From the human T2T-CHM13v2.0 reference genome, Homo sapiens: DNA of 64,000 nucleotides. Made by a program: the position numbers and the translations under genes. Location: assembly GCF_009914755.1 (NCBI RefSeq), contig NC_060947.1, one strand, 5' to 3'. This document shows positions 11,111 through 25,149 of this stretch, in pieces (position 1 is the stretch's first letter; every line of letters starts with the position of its first letter). Under the pieces are notes generated by a model. That model was given only the letters and a program-made list of their open reading frames with translations. It was not told where the DNA came from and did no database searches.

Positions 11111-13139
11111 TAGTGATGATTGTCATGATGACAACAATGGTGGTAATCATTGTATCACCAGAGACATCCAATAGAAGAATCTTTCAAGTAGGGACGCCCA
11201 GTAGCATGAGTCTCTTCGTGAAGAAATCCATGGGATTTAGTATTTGCGAGGCTGCCTTTGACAAATAGAAAGATGAAGCCAGATACTAGGGAATCAGAGG
11301 CAGTGTAGGTTGAGAGGAAATGCAGGCATGTTCGAATACTCCGGCGGTGAACTCAGATGAAGGAGCAATAAATAGGGCAGTAGCTGAGGGGTCAGCAGGG
11401 TCAAAGGCCAGCAAGGAAGCAAAGGAGGGGGCAGGGGAGAAGCCGGATGAGACAGCCCTGAGCAGCAGTGAGATCTGAATGTCTTTGTTAGCTGTCAGTT
11501 TTAGGTCATATTTTTGAACAGTGAGCAAGCAGCCTTATGCCAAAACCATCTGGGTGAGCTCTGGGACAAGCCTCCAGCTGCAAGAGTACATGGAGGTGGA
11601 ATCTTACAATATTTATGGACTTCAGATGCATGGCCTCTGGAGCTCCAGGAGGCAAAAGCACATTCCACATGCATATAGGCTGAGTTTCAGTGTGGGAGAC
11701 ACCATGGGAGGCTCTGGTTATGAAGGTCTCACCTGAGGCTGGGTTGCTGCAAATAGAGGCAAGGAGTCCGGGAGCCTGAGGGCAAGCAGGTTTCAGGGTG
11801 AGCAGACTCTGAACTCCTCATGTTGCTTTTTGGAGAAACATCACACAGAGACCCTTACCCAAGGGATTTATTTAAGGTGGCCATGTTAGTGTTCTCTTGT
11901 GAGAGTGAGTGTAGTGAGCGTAGCTAGCAGTTCTTCCTCCCCTGTTAAAAGTTACACTCCTCTGGGTGAGATAAAATAGGTTACCCTTGTTTCCGATGGA
12001 GCTAGAACTAATTCCAGCACTTCACGGGTGTTTGTTATACAAGAGGTGGCTTGTTCCCAGTGGCTGGGGTGACTCCAGTGCCTTTGGCCCCAGAGCTTGG
12101 TCTCAAGCCTTTGGGCAGAGAAAGTTCACAAAGAAGTGACTGTAAGAAAGTATAAAAGGCCACAGTCTGCTGAAGGTCAAGGGGTAAAGAAGGGGAACAT
12201 TTCTCATTTCTGAACCACCCGAGGCTTCTCAGGTGTGACTTTGATCTGTCCATGACTCTGATAAGGTGTCCCTTCTCCAGACACATTATCTATATCACCT
12301 TTCCTCACCAACCCTTCAGCAGCTGGAAGATGGCAGGGGCCCTGTGGAGGCTGTGAGGGAGGGAAATGCCAGGGGAAGAGAAATTGGGCATTTTATGATT
12401 TAAGCCAACCTCAGTTTCCGGTGGGTAAAATGGAGATGAAAGTAGGACATTCGGGTGACTAGTTCACCACAACTGAGGTTCCTCCTCACCTCAGAAGGAA
12501 GGAAACATCTCAGGCAGCCCTTCCCAGTGAGAAGGGAGGATGGGATGGCTCTCTGGAAATGTGAGGACAGCCTTTGCCCATAAACTCAAGATATTTGGAG
12601 CTCTCCATGGAAGGCCTCTTATGCCAGGAAGAGAGGAGGCCCCAAAGGAACAAATGATACTTTGAAACCTCAACACTAAAAATATTTTGCGGCAACCACA
12701 GGAGAAGGTCTCACCAATGGTGATCTCATGGGCTCCTGAGAGTCATTGAGCTCAACATTTGTGTTTGACCAACTTTGAGAGTGGGAAGCAGAGACCCCAG
12801 TTCTAGCTTCCAGAACCCCAGCCATCTTTCCACTGCTCCCATGTATGTGCTCTACTTTTTCAGGGTGTTTTTGAGGAAAACTATACAGCAGCCATGATTC
12901 CAATGTGTAACAACCTTTTTAGTTGAATTCATCCAATGGCAGTGACTTCGTCACTATTCCTCAGCAGAACCCTTGATGATGTTCTGCTGGTCCAGTCCAG
13001 TCCATGCATATTCCTCCCTCTCAGGGTCTGTTGCTCAGCTCCTATAGTATGCAATATGGAGCATCCTTCTAGTAAATTCCTCTTCATGCCAGAGTTGATT
13101 TTTGGTGCTTCTAATTGAAGAACTCTAACTGATATTCCT

Positions 13140-13900
13140 ATTCATGTTGCATTCATTCATTAAATCATCATTTATTCAGCACCACCATCTGCCAGGCACA
13201 GATATCATTAGGGAAAAAGCATAGCCCTTGCCTTCAAGGGCCTCAGAGTCTAATGGGGAAAAGACACAAGTATGAAGGGCCACAATAGAGTTATTAGGTA
13301 GGTACCAGAGAAGCAGAGGAGGTGCAAGCAGCTTAGACTTGGTAGAGCCAGGGAAGGCTTCCAGAGGAGAGGATGCTTACGTTTTGATGAATGGGTAGAG
13401 GTGGTCCAAACAGAGGAAGGAGGAAAGATGCATTCTCTTTAGGCAGAAAACCATTGTGCGAAGGCTTGAAGATATGCAGAAGCTGGATAAATCTGAGGCA
13501 CTGCTAACAGATTAGCTGGAATATAGGGCAGGCATGAAAATGCAGCAGGAGGGGCAGCTTAAAGAGGTTGGCAGGAAGATGCCAGACCAAGATATATACT
13601 AATGATGAGCCAAGGAGGCTAAACATTCTCCCAGAGGAGTCACTGAAAAGTTTCAAACAGGGAATGCTTTGGTCATGCTTATATCTTAGAAAAGTCATTG
13701 TATCCCCAACTACAGAGTGATTTGGGAGAACCGCTGGTCAAGGAAGGGAGGTCAGTCATCCAGAGGGATGGGGGGCCTGAACCAAGTTACTTTGACATAG
13801 GAATCAAAATGCTAAGGTTAAGATCAAGGAGAGGGGCATTTAGAAGGTAGACTAGAATATACCCATCTAGATAGGAGATGAGAACAAAGGAAAAGCCAGA
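13140..13900 (-). mobile_element. L2
   Basis: cattcattcatt...catttattcagcacc...gccaggcac, ccttgccttcaagggcctcagagtctaatgggga and purine-rich body. Confidence 0.8.
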
Positions 13901-14114
13901 AGCTGAAGTCACACTGTGCTCTTTCTTTACTCCCACCTCCTACATCTAATTAGATCATGTCATTTTTCTGGTTAAAATATTTCTGGTTTCCCTTAGCTTT
14001 CAGGGAAAAGTTCAAACTCACAGGATAATCAAACAAAGCTTTTTCTAATGTGGTCCTTGATGATGTTTGTGTTGGCAGGAGCAGGAGCAAAGTCTGTTTG
14101 CTTGTTTTCCCATA

Positions 14115-15385
14115 TTTCTGTATGAAAATTTTCAAAGCTTAAGAAAAATAGGAAAATAGCACAATGAATAACTGTAGGCTTTACCTAGATGCACCAATTG
14201 TTACCATTTTGCTGCATCTGCTTCATTTCTCTCTTTCTCTCAACTTCTCCCTCTTTCTCTCTTTTTCAATGTATGCACATTCACACACATTTATATTTTT
14301 TATCTGGGCCATTTTGGACCATTTGTAAGTTGCAGACATCATGACACCTCAATCTCTAGATACATCAGTGTGTATCTCCTAAGAGCAAGAACATTGTCCT
14401 AGAAAACACCAATATCCAAGACATTTAACATTGATTAAGTAATATCATTGAGTATACAGTCCACACATACATTTCCCAGCTGTCCCCAAATATATGCTTA
14501 ATGGCTTTTTAAAAAGTCTAAAATCCAAGGATCATGAATTGCATGACTCTGTTCTGTCTTTAGCATGCCCTATCTTTCATTTGAGGCCCTTTCCTCTCCT
14601 ACTGAAATATCACCCTATTCTGGGGCATACAGTGATATCTCTTTAGTCTGCTTTGATTTACAAAAGTCCCCTCTGACTTTCTGTTTCATGACGTGATCTT
14701 TCCTAAGAGTCCAGGCCAGTTGCCTTGTAGCATGAACCACAATCTGAGTATGGTGGATTGTTTCCTCATGGTTAGATTCAGGTTTCACATTTTGGGTGAG
14801 AATTCTGCATAAGTGACGTTATATCTTCCCTGTTGTGTCCCATCAAGAGACACATAATAGCCATTTATCCCATTATTAATGATGCCAAGTTTGATCTCTC
14901 CACAACAAAGGCACCTTTCCCCCCATTGTAATTAATCAGTAATTTGGGAGGTGATACTATGTGACTGTGTAAATATCTTGTTCTAAACGATGTTTCACCC
15001 ATTATCATCCATTAATGATCCTTGCCCGAATGAATTATCCTATAGTTGGTTGTAAAATATTGATTTCCTAAAACCTGTCATTTCTTATACATTTGTTAGC
15101 CAGCATTCATTTGTAAAGAAGAGCTTTCCCTCCCTACTTCCACATTCCCTTCACACTTTTTAAAAAAGTATTACTGTGGACTCCTGGATTCTGTTTTTTA
15201 TATGTACAATGTTATAATTTATTACTGCCATCACTCTTTTCGATGTTGTGATTGTCCCAGATTTGGCCAGTAAGATTCCCTTCGAGCAAATTTTTGTTTC
15301 CTTCTGGCATATCTACAGTTGCCTTTGAGTACTTCCTTGCTTTCTGCCATAATATTATTTTCCAGCATCATCTGTTACTTTCCTG
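14115..15385 (-). mobile_element. Old L1MC-type 3' region
   Basis: cctagatgcaccaattgttaccattttgc, gtaagttgcagacatcatgacac, ttgtcccagatttggccagt. Confidence 0.75.
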
Positions 15386-15489
15386 AAAGGCAGAGTTTTG
15401 GGGGAGAAATGGTGTTTAGTTTTGGACATGCTGCATTTGAATTTGGTATATCTTTATGATATCTGGTGTCTAGTAAACAGTTGCACATT

Positions 15490-15494
<5 letters not shown>

Positions 15495-15525
<31 letters not shown>
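15495..15525. repeat. (AC)15 microsatellite
   Basis: Directly visible. Confidence 0.95.
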
Positions 15526-15530
<5 letters not shown>

Positions 15531-15684
15531 TTATATACATCTCCAGCTTTGTTTCCAATGTATTTGAGTGGTGGTCTTTCCTCTTGACAGGGTAGGCAGC
15601 CCCCTTCCAGCTATGCTGCAACTATGGAAAGGGAAACATGAACCGCTGGCTGTGTCTGCCACAGGGAATCATCGGTTTGTCAAT

Positions 15685-15932
15685 CAGTAGTCTCCAAGAA
15701 GGATGTGGGCAAGATGATCCATTAAGAAGGAAAAGAACAGATTGGAACTTCTATCTAGATTTATTTTTATCTAATTTTTCACATTTCTATAATATACAGG
15801 TTTTATAATATAATGAGTAAATAAGTACAGTAATACATGTATGTCACCTTGTAAATAAACATCCATACACACAGAGGGGTCTATGCTCAATTTAAAAAAT
15901 GAAACCATGAAGAAAAATATTGGAGAACCCTA
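15685..15932. mobile_element. Non-autonomous hAT-Charlie element (MER113-like)
   Basis: Ends cagtagtctccaa...ttggagaaccct with AT-rich interior caagatgatccatt...gaacttctat. Confidence 0.55.
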
Positions 15933-17094
15933 GTATAATTGCAGTGGAAGCTATGGGTTGAAAGGAGTCATCTGGGAGGTGTTTGTAGAAAGAGAAGAGT
16001 AGAGGGTATAGAATGGAAGCACAGGGAAGCCCCAACCCTTTGGAAATGAGGAAAGGACTAGAGTAGACACCAAGAAAGGAGACTAAGAGAAAGCTAGTCA
16101 AGAAGCAACAGAAAGATCTGGAAGAGTGCTGTCACAGACACACAGAGAATGATGGAAGTGTTTCATATAACCAAAAAAGGTTGAGGAAGAGAGGCCAGAA
16201 ATGTGCCCACTGGATATGGCAATATGGTGGCCATCATATTGCTGACAGATCACAGTGGCCTGAGGAAGGAATGCCAGGAGGTATGTAGAAAGTGAGGATG
16301 AGTCAACAACTGTGGCTATAAAGGGGAAAGAGATCAGACAGACCCTGGAAGCATGTGTGGGACCAGCTAGAACAATAGTCATTTTAGCTGCTGTAACAAA
16401 TTCAACCCAGCTGGGAAGTGGGAATCATAATAGAATATGATGTGGAGTTTTGAGAGACCTGTGAAATACTCTGAGGCTCCGAGAGGAAGGGGTTGCAGAA
16501 GTCTGCCTTGATGTGACTGAAAGCAGACAGTAGCACAAGGCACTTTGGGGCATGTGTTTTAACAGCACAATGTCAAGCACAATCCGTATTTGCTGAATAA
16601 CAATGACCTTCAACTCTCCTCCACCAAGGCTGGGCCCAGTCTGAGGTGGCCCAGTGTTACCCCTTACATAGCCTGAATTTTTCTGGCAAAAACCTGTGAC
16701 AGACTCTGTTCTGTCTTTAGCACTGCCTGTCTTCCATTTGGGGTCCTTCCCTGTCCTATTGAAGCATCACACCATTGCAGGGCACATAGTCATGTTCTGT
16801 GCCCCACCTGGCCCTTTCTGTGACTCTTCACCTGAGCAGAGCTTTTACTTTGGACCTCTTCCCTACACTTGTACCCTAGAAGCATTGGCTGCTCTCAGGA
16901 GCCTTATTCTCTGCTGGATGATACATAGAAAATAACCTGTGCTAAAAGGTGAGCTTGCTAATGTGCTTGCAGAGAAAGAATTTGGCCCTGCTTTGGGTGA
17001 GAAGTCACGGAAAGGGCCCAGGTGTGCAGGTCAAAGAGGCTTTCAGTTCTCTTCTGGGCTCTTCTACTTTCCACATTTAAGGCCTGGTTGGGGC

Positions 17095-17232
17095 AAGGGC
17101 TTAAGCCTGCCAGGCCCAGTTTCCTCACCCTGAAAATGGGGACAATGATGATAATAATATCTAGCCTGCAGGTCATCATGAGAATGAAATTAAGTCATCT
17201 TCAGAAAGTCCTCAATATGTAAGCATGTTAAT
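17095..17232 (+). mobile_element. MIR fragment
   Basis: cagtttcctcaccctgaaaatggggacaatgatgataataat. Confidence 0.75.
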
Positions 17233-17234
17233 AA

Positions 17235-18085
17235 ATTCATTCATTTACTAAAGATGTACTGTGCATGTATTTTAGACCAGACATTGTCCAGGCACTGGGG
17301 ATGTGAGAGTGCAAAGAGTTAAAAAGAAAAGAACAAATGCTTCCCCTCATGGAGCTTGAATTCCACTGAGGGAGGGGAAAAGTAAGCAAATAAATGCATA
17401 ATACATCGTCAGACAGTAATAAGTTCTATGAAGAAAAATAAAGGAGGATAGGGCCTAAGGAATGAATGGGAGGTAAACTGAGAAACGTGCTGTGAAGACC
17501 TCCCTAAGAAGGTGACTATGAGTAGAAATCTAAGTGAAGTGAGGCTGTGAGCCGCAAAATGATGGGAACAAGAGCATTTCAGGCAGACGGATCCGCAATT
17601 TCGAGGGGCACAGTAGGGAAGCACCGTAAGTGTATGTGGGGGTGGGGTGGGGAGAGCAAAAGGAGATGAGATCAGAGAGGTAGGCAGATGTCAGATCATT
17701 TGAATCTTGTAGGCCACTGGAATCTTTTGGGTTGGATTTTATTCTAAACATGTTAGGTAACATTGGAATGTGAGGGCAGAGAAAGATGATATGATTTATT
17801 TATTTTTAAATGATTCTTCTGGCTGCTGTGTGGGAGATAGATCATAGGTAGGGGCAGGAATGGAGTGAGGAAACCAACTAGAAGGCTCTTCCAGGCATCC
17901 AGGCAGGAGATACTGGTGGCTTAAACCAGGACAGAAATAGTGGGCATGGTCAGAAGTGGTCAGATTTGGGATATGTTTTAAAGTTAGAGCCGACAGCATT
18001 TGCTGATAAATTGGGAGTGGAAATGGGAAAGAGCTGAATCAAGGATGATGCCAAGGTTTTTGGCCTGAGTAACTAGGAAAATGGT
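17235..18085 (-). mobile_element. L2a
   Basis: ttcattcatttac...ccaggcactgggga...aaggatgatgccaaggtttttggcctgagtaact. Confidence 0.88.
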
Positions 18086-18317
18086 AAGGTCTTTAAAAAA
18101 AATGAGTATATTAGAGATTATCAGCAGCAGCAGCAGCATCTTGACATTCAACCCTATTTAATGACTATTTGGAACAGTATGGAGGAGATAAGAGTTCCAA
18201 GGTCATTACCAGGCTTAGTAGAAAAGTGGGAGTTGACTGATTAGCTCTTTCTGCCATGAGCACAGGAGCAGAGCTAGGTGTTTTATGTCCTGAATAGTTA
18301 TCAACCTGGGCCTATAG

Positions 18318-18501
18318 CAGTGTTTCTCAAAGTGTGGCCCAGCAGTGTCAGCATCACCTGGCAACTTGTCAGAAACGCACATTCTCAGGCCCCACCCCAG
18401 ACCTGCCGAATCAGAAACTCTGGGAGGGAAATGCGCTGAGAACTCTGTTTTAACAAGCCTTCCAGGTGATTCTGATGCATGCTCAAGTGTGAGAACCACT
18501 A
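18318..18501 (+). mobile_element. MER5A (hAT-Charlie MITE)
   Basis: Terminal inverted repeats cagtgtttctca...tgagaaccacta; degenerate 8-bp TSD gcctatag/gcctaagg. Confidence 0.92.
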
Positions 18502-19220
18502 GCCTAAGGTGTTTCTATGCTGATGGGCACCTGTAGAATGCTGCAATGTTTCCCAGGGATGGGTCATTACAATGTGTGTTCCTAGAAGGTCTGTGTGACA
18601 AGAGATCTCTGCTTGGAAAGGGAAGGGAAAGGAAAGAAAGTGGGGGAAAACCTAGGAATCTAGAAAAGATATTGTTTCGGGCATTAGAGTCCTGAAAAAT
18701 AGGCCCATGAGCCAAGTGAAGAATCAGCTAGAATAGAATCAGAATCCTTTACTTGATAAACATGACTTGCTTAATATTTGTGTAAGGGGTAGGGTGGGGG
18801 AGTGGGGAGTTGTATCCGTTTTCCCTTGTTTGTTCCTAGAATTTTAGAGAGATTTCTTTTTGAAAATTCATGACTTTCACAGCAGCCTGCATGGTTAAAA
18901 GGAAGGGATCATTTATCTATGCTAGGGCCAGAGTTTTAAAGGGAGAAGCCCCCAAGACTAGCCACTAAGGTCATGAATGGCAGCTATGGGAGCCAGAGAA
19001 CACTAGAGGGATGATGAAATTTAGGTGGGGATTCCTCCCTGACCTGACAACCTATTCTAAAGATAGCCCCTTTGGAAGGTTATCTGCTCTCAAACCTAGG
19101 AAGTGTTGAGGCTTTGTTTTTATAATGGCCACTTCTAAACCTAAACAAAAAAACTAACAAAAAAGTAACCCTCCTTAAAATAAGGCCCTAAAGGTCAGAC
19201 TTTTAAAATGGACCAGGTGG

Positions 19221-19462
19221 GGCTGGGTGCAGTGGCTCACACCTATAATCTCACCACTTTGGGAGGCCGAGGTGGGAGGATTGCTTGAGGCCGGGAGTTT
19301 GGTGGCATGAGCCTGTAGTCCCAGCTACTCGGGAGGCTGAGGCAGGAGGATCACTTGAGCTCAGGAGAACAAGGCTGCAGGGAGCCATGATCATGCCACT
19401 GCATTCCAACCTGGGTGACAGAGCAAGACCCTGTCTCAAAAAAAATACAATAAGATAAAAAA
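19221..19462 (+). mobile_element. AluJ with internal deletion removing the left-arm end and A-rich linker
   Basis: ggaggattgcttgaggccgggagtt joins directly to tggtggca. TSD taaaatgg(a/g)ccagg at 19204-19217 and 19463-19476. Confidence 0.88.
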
Positions 19463-19661
19463 TAAAATGGGCCAGGCCATCTTTCCAATGTGGTCTGCTT
19501 CTCTTCACTCCAACTGCCAGTTGCCAGGAGCAGCCTGCTCTGCCTGGGAGTGAGGCTGACCCTGATCCTTATCTTTCCTCAGTGGCCAGCTGCAGGACTT
19601 CCAATTGGCTGACCCCATTAGTTCTAGTTTCTTTGAGTAACCATAGAACACTTGCTCACAT

Positions 19662-20685
19662 TGACACAGGATTCTTTCAGTGCCACTTCACCAGCCAGAG
19701 ACCTCCATGGCTGGCAGCACCTCTGTCTGGAGTTCACTTGGACCCACTGGGCTCAATCTTCCCACTCTGCCCAGCAGGCTGTGCTCGGCTCAGGCTACCA
19801 GCCTCGATGCCATGCCCAACATGGCTCTGCACTCAGCCTGTAGCTGGTCTAGGCATGCCGTGACCGGCTTCCACCTTGGGTGCCATCTGGATGAGGGAGA
19901 TGTGGTGGCATCCGAAAAAAATTGAAGATGCCAGCAACTACAGAGCCCCAAAGGGGTGTCACAGCTTCTGCTTAGGGAGTCCTGAGGTCTGAGCCACCAG
20001 GGAATGTCACAGTTCTCTCTCTCTCCCACCACTCACAGCTCAGTGAACAGGGGTGTGTCATAGCTCTAGGCTCTGGGAGTCCCAAGGTCTGGGCCCCCAG
20101 AAGGGTTGTAGCTCTTCACTTCTGTAGCCCATTGAATGGGAGTGTGTCACAGCTCTTTTCATTCACGCTGCCTGCAGCTCGGCGAGCCAGCCAGGAGTGT
20201 GTTACAGCCCTTTTTTGCTCCCGCTGTTTGGTGGGTTCTGGGTTTTTGTCCCATGATGAAGAAGAATGAGGTACATGGACGCTGGAGAGTGAGCAAGGCA
20301 GAGAATAATTTTACTGAGTCACAGAAAAGCTCTTGACAATGAGAGGGGACCTGAAGTGGGTAGCCCTCTGTGTGAGAGGGGGCCTGAAAGCAGGTAACCG
20401 TCTGTGTGGCTGAGTCTGGGGTTTTTATAAATTTGGAATGAGGAGGCATGGGTTGTAGGTAGCTTTGGAAAAGGCAACATTCAATTGGTTAGAAAGCATT
20501 ATTCAGAAAGAACCAATCGGGAAAGAGTGGGCAAACAGGAATAGAAGTTCTCACTTCAGTCGTGGACTCTATCTGGAATTGGCAGCTCAGTTTTCAGGCT
20601 TTAAATTGTCTTTGGCTTGAAGGTTGGGTTTCACTGGGGACCCACCCCTGTCTGCCTAGGAATTTGTCTGTCTCTTTCCACTAAT
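19662..20685 (-). mobile_element. ERV1 solo LTR, LTR27/LTR28/MER52-related
   Basis: tgacacaggattc...gccacttcaccagcc, gaagaatgaggtac...gtgagcaaggcagag, ggctgagtctggggtttttat, ggcttgaaggttgggtttcac. Confidence 0.75.
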
Positions 20686-20929
20686 GTGGGTCCCATGGTG
20701 CCAAGGAACACCTGGGGAAGCATGAGGTCTCTGTTGTTTCTCATCAGAAAACTGCCTTTTCATAGAAAGCTTCAATTGTTCATTGCTTCAGGCTGAGTTG
20801 CCCTTTGTGCCCTGGCCAGGGTCTCTGTAACCAACTTGGTGGTCTTGAAATGCCTGCTTCTCTTGAGGGCTCTCTCCCTCCTCTACATTGTGGTCTGCTG
20901 CACGCCATTGTCACTGCTCTCATCCTGAG

Positions 20930-21920
20930 CATTTTCCATTTCTCAGCCCACCCAACTTCTTAGAAGCATTTGGCACTGACAGCCACCCTCCATGTTGAAA
21001 TTTGTTTTCTCCTTGTTGTCTGTGACCTCCAATCCACTTCCTTGCTCACTCGACAGCTGCTAGCAGGCTCCTTCTTCTATGACTATTTCTTAGAGTGTGC
21101 TCCTCAGGATTCTGTCCTGTGCCCTCTTTATGCATCCTTGAATGGCCTCATCCATTACTGGGATTTCGACTATAATCTGCCCGTGTTCTAATGTGTCCCA
21201 ACCACCACCTCAAGCCCAGGCCAGGCTTCTGAGTTTCAGACCCAACATCTACCTGGGAGTCCCATGTCCCTCTCAAATACAATATGTTAAAACGTGCTCA
21301 TCCCCTGCAGCACCTGGAAATCTGCTCCCAGCCTTTGTCTCTGATATGATAACAGTGAACTGCTCCACCATCCCTCTAGTCCCTCAAGCCTGAGCCACGC
21401 ACATTGTCCTCACCTCCTCCTGCTCCTCCTCCACTTCCCATATCCAGTCACTCACCAAGTCTAAGTCCATTTACAAAATGCTTCCTAGATCCATGCTCCT
21501 CTCTCCATCTGCATCCGCCCCGGTATAGACCCACAGCATCTCCATTCCCTTTGCATACTCTTAGCACCAGCCATGCCAAGGTTCTCTTTTGCCTCCAAGT
21601 CTGAAATCATTCATTGGGCGACTTCCTCTCTCTATAGCGCCTTGATCTTCTCTGTCTCACCACCATTTCCCTTTGCTGGCTTACTCCTCATCCTTCAAGT
21701 TTTAGCTTAGATGGCACCTCCTCTGGAAGTCTTCCCTTATCTCCTCACTCCCAGCCCAAGACTGGAGTAGGTATCCTGCTTTGGGGTCTCACTGTACTGT
21801 TATTGCCTCCTTATTTGCCTGGATTCCACTCCAGCCATATCTGTTTGTTTCGTTCATCTTATTCACCATAATAGTCTGCACTTATCAGAGAGTCTGGCAC
21901 ATAGGGACACAGAATGAAGA
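20930..21920 (+). mobile_element. L2
   Basis: Pyrimidine-rich L2 body (gcatttggcac..., tcagacccaacatctacctgg) ending agagtctggcacatagg. Confidence 0.75.
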
Positions 21921-23100
21921 AGCCAGAGAACTTATTTCCCAGCACACCTTTAGACTAGGTCAGGGACTGGTCTGAGGCTTAGAGTGAGGTGGGTTCATAG
22001 GCAGACCCTCAGTGTGGGGCCAGCAGCAGTTCTTTCTCTCGATGGGCTTCCTCTTTGTGCCCTGTCTGGCATCAATATAGGGAGGGCAGAAGACCCAGCA
22101 AGAATTCCAGGCATACCTGCAAGCTCCTTTCATCTGGGTAGATGTACCTTGCAAGCTAGTGGACTATAAATCAGTGCCCATTACTTAGCACATTGTAAAT
22201 GAACATACATTGATGAAAAATGGTCCTATTTGGCTCAGTTATCTTGGGTGAAGCACGAAAATGGCACCTGTTTCCAAATCTTTATCTATGGAGACTAGAA
22301 CCTCCTTGTATTCTCATAGCCAGCAGGTTACACACTCCTATTATGGCATTTGTCACACTGGTTTATAATTATTTCTTTATGTTTCTGTCACTTTGGGAGC
22401 TCTTCGAAGGCAGGAACAGATTTTACTCATCTCCTGGGCCTCAGCTGGTGGCATGGAGCCTGGCAATGACTAGGAGAACACAAGAGTTTGCTGAACAAAT
22501 ATCCCAGGTATATATTGTTTTGCTATTGGATATAAGCCAGGAGTGGTAGTGATGAATTACTGCCACAGCCCCTTTCTGATTCTAGGAGCCCTGGCCAGCA
22601 TTATCTCAGTATTGTGTATAGGAAAGATGCCACAGGCTCCTTTGAAATGATGCTGGTGCCACTACATATGTAATAACAGGTCATGAGGCAATATTACGAG
22701 GTCAAAGTGTGATGCAAGGACCTCCTTGCAACACCCAGCAAGGAGGAAGTGATGTGAGAGGAGAACAGGATTGACGCCCCTGGACCAGGTCCAGAGCTTT
22801 AAGAGCTTGTGCTTCAGGGAGTGTATCTGGGTGATGCCGCCTCTGTGAATTTCACAAACCTGTGTGTCCAGTCAGGAAAGGAACTGAAAGCCTGGGCCAC
22901 CCACCCTCTCCACAGTATTGGGGCAGATGTAAAACGGGACCCAAAGGATTGCCTTTTTGCTCTGCTAGAAGGTAACTGTATAAGCTATGTGAATTCAGGG
23001 AGGAAACTGCTCCAAAACATGCCCCCATCCACTGAGCCACATCCCTTTACCCAAGGATGTAGTCTTTCTTCTCTCTCTCTCACCCTAGAAGGAAATGAGG

Positions 23101-23504
23101 TGTCTTAGGTTGCACTTCCTGGAAAACCCAATTTGAGTCAGCAATTGATGTGCAGGAAGTTTATTGGGAATGCCCTGGGGAGCAACACCTATTAGGGAGG
23201 GAGAGGGCAGGGGAGCAAGAGGGAGAAGTTGAACTGCAATGCCAGTGTGCTTGTCACAGAGGCCACAGCTCATCCCTCAAGGGCCTCCAGAGCTGGGGTG
23301 GCCTTGCAGAATTGGCCCAAATTGAAGCAAAGGGGCTGGGCTTTTGTATTGCCCCCACCCATGAAAGAGGGGGTGACCTTGGGCAAAAAAAGTTCTTATC
23401 AGCTGAGAGCAGTTCCCAGAGGAGGACTTACCAGCCAACAGTCATGGTGACTGAAGGAGGAAGTGCCTGGGAAATAGCACCTGGACATCACAGCATCTGC
23501 CACA
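23101..23504 (-). mobile_element. LTR16-family solo LTR
   Basis: tgtcttaggtt...gcaggaagtttattggg...cagcatctgccaca; near-TSD tgagg/ggagg. Confidence 0.8.
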
Positions 23505-23793
23505 GGAGGCTGAAAATACAAATATACCTGAGAAAAGTAACAGATGGTTTTCAATGGATACCAAGAAGTAAATGACTGATCCAGAGCCCTTTTGGATAAG
23601 GATCATGGAAGTGGATTTGAGACTGAAATGAACAAGACCAAGATCAGGGAAGAGAAGAAGAGGATGTGCAATGTCAAGGAAGGAGAATCTGGATTCAGAC
23701 TGCAGAGACCTGCCCTGGGGCTTCCTGCTGTGGAATTCTGCTAGCAGCACAGGAATGGAGTTTAGTTGTCCAGGACCTGGAACTGCACCTTAC

Positions 23794-23885
23794 CTCTGAG
23801 AGACGTTGGGTAGAAGTTCTCTATTTCGGCTCTCCCACTTGGCAAATGAGGACTGGTGATGCCAATCTCATCTAGGGACTTCAGT
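23794..23885 (-). other. Candidate exon with tandem acceptors (92 nt from 23885 or 78 nt from 23871)
   Basis: atctttttccccctaaag|ACTGAAGTCCCTAG|ATGAG...TCTCAGAG|gtaagg. One stop-free frame (LKSL)DEIGITSPHLPSGRAEIENFYPTSLR, exiting in phase 1. Confidence 0.4.
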
Positions 23886-23984
23886 CTTTAGGGGGAAAAA
23901 GATATAACACAACATCTATATTTGCAGCAAGGGACACACAGATAAAAACAAACTTTGTTAATACGAAATAAGATATAAATCATT

Positions 23985-24533
<549 letters not shown>

Positions 24534-24921
24534 TAAGGCAAATTTGTCTTAAGTACCCCTCTCTGTCGGAAGCTCCTGTCCTTAGCAGAGTTCTGTCGCT
24601 GCCACTGCTCGCCAGCGCCAGTGAAAGGCCGGCCAGCCAGAGAGGCCTTGGAGACATTTGCATTTGGGTGAAAGGAGCTGATGGTCTTGGACTCACAGCT
24701 GAAGGTTTTCTGGGGTGGAAATTAAAGTGGCAGCAGGAAGCAGAATGCGACCTAATTAGCAGTTTGGTCTCTGAGGCTGACCTCCTTTCGGGAAAGCTGG
24801 CACTCATAGGAGCATAAAGCAGCTGTTGCCTCTTCCCTGCCTGGCCAGGTGGGCTCAGAGCAGTGCCAGCCCAGCCGTCACCCCATGGCAGATGCCCTCC
24901 TGGAAAGAAGTCTTGCCTCAC

Positions 24922-24982
24922 CCCTCAGCTCTCCATCTATGGCTCCAAGCAGGGTTGTGAAAACGAGCAGTACGCCCAGCAT
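24922..24982 (-). CDS. Candidate first coding segment, signal-peptide-like MLGVLLVFTTLLGAIDGELR + phase-1 intron (exon 24922-24989)
   Basis: Acceptor ttttgtcttctctcttccttccctcctttttaag|GAGTTTC-ATG, donor AGGG|gtgagg, hydrophobic core with small residues at a plausible cleavage site, retained CpGs, non-repeat context. Protein not recognised. Confidence 0.4.
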
Positions 24983-25149
24983 GAAACTCCTTAAAAAGGA
25001 GGGAAGGAAGAGAGAAGACAAAAGCCTTTCATATCTCTGGCGGGGGCTGGCGGGGAGGCTTAATGACTTGAATGGGGCTCAGGAGGTGGAGGGAGGGGGA
25101 GCAGAGGGCTGCGCTGTGGGCAGTTGATGTGTTCACCAGCGTCTCGCAC

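Noticed and set aside
11158-11255. Possible 97-nt minus exon with an open frame
   Set aside because: Weak donor (gtgata) and AAG acceptor; not distinguishable from chance.
18786-18807. G-quadruplex motif
   Set aside because: Single common motif with no supporting context.
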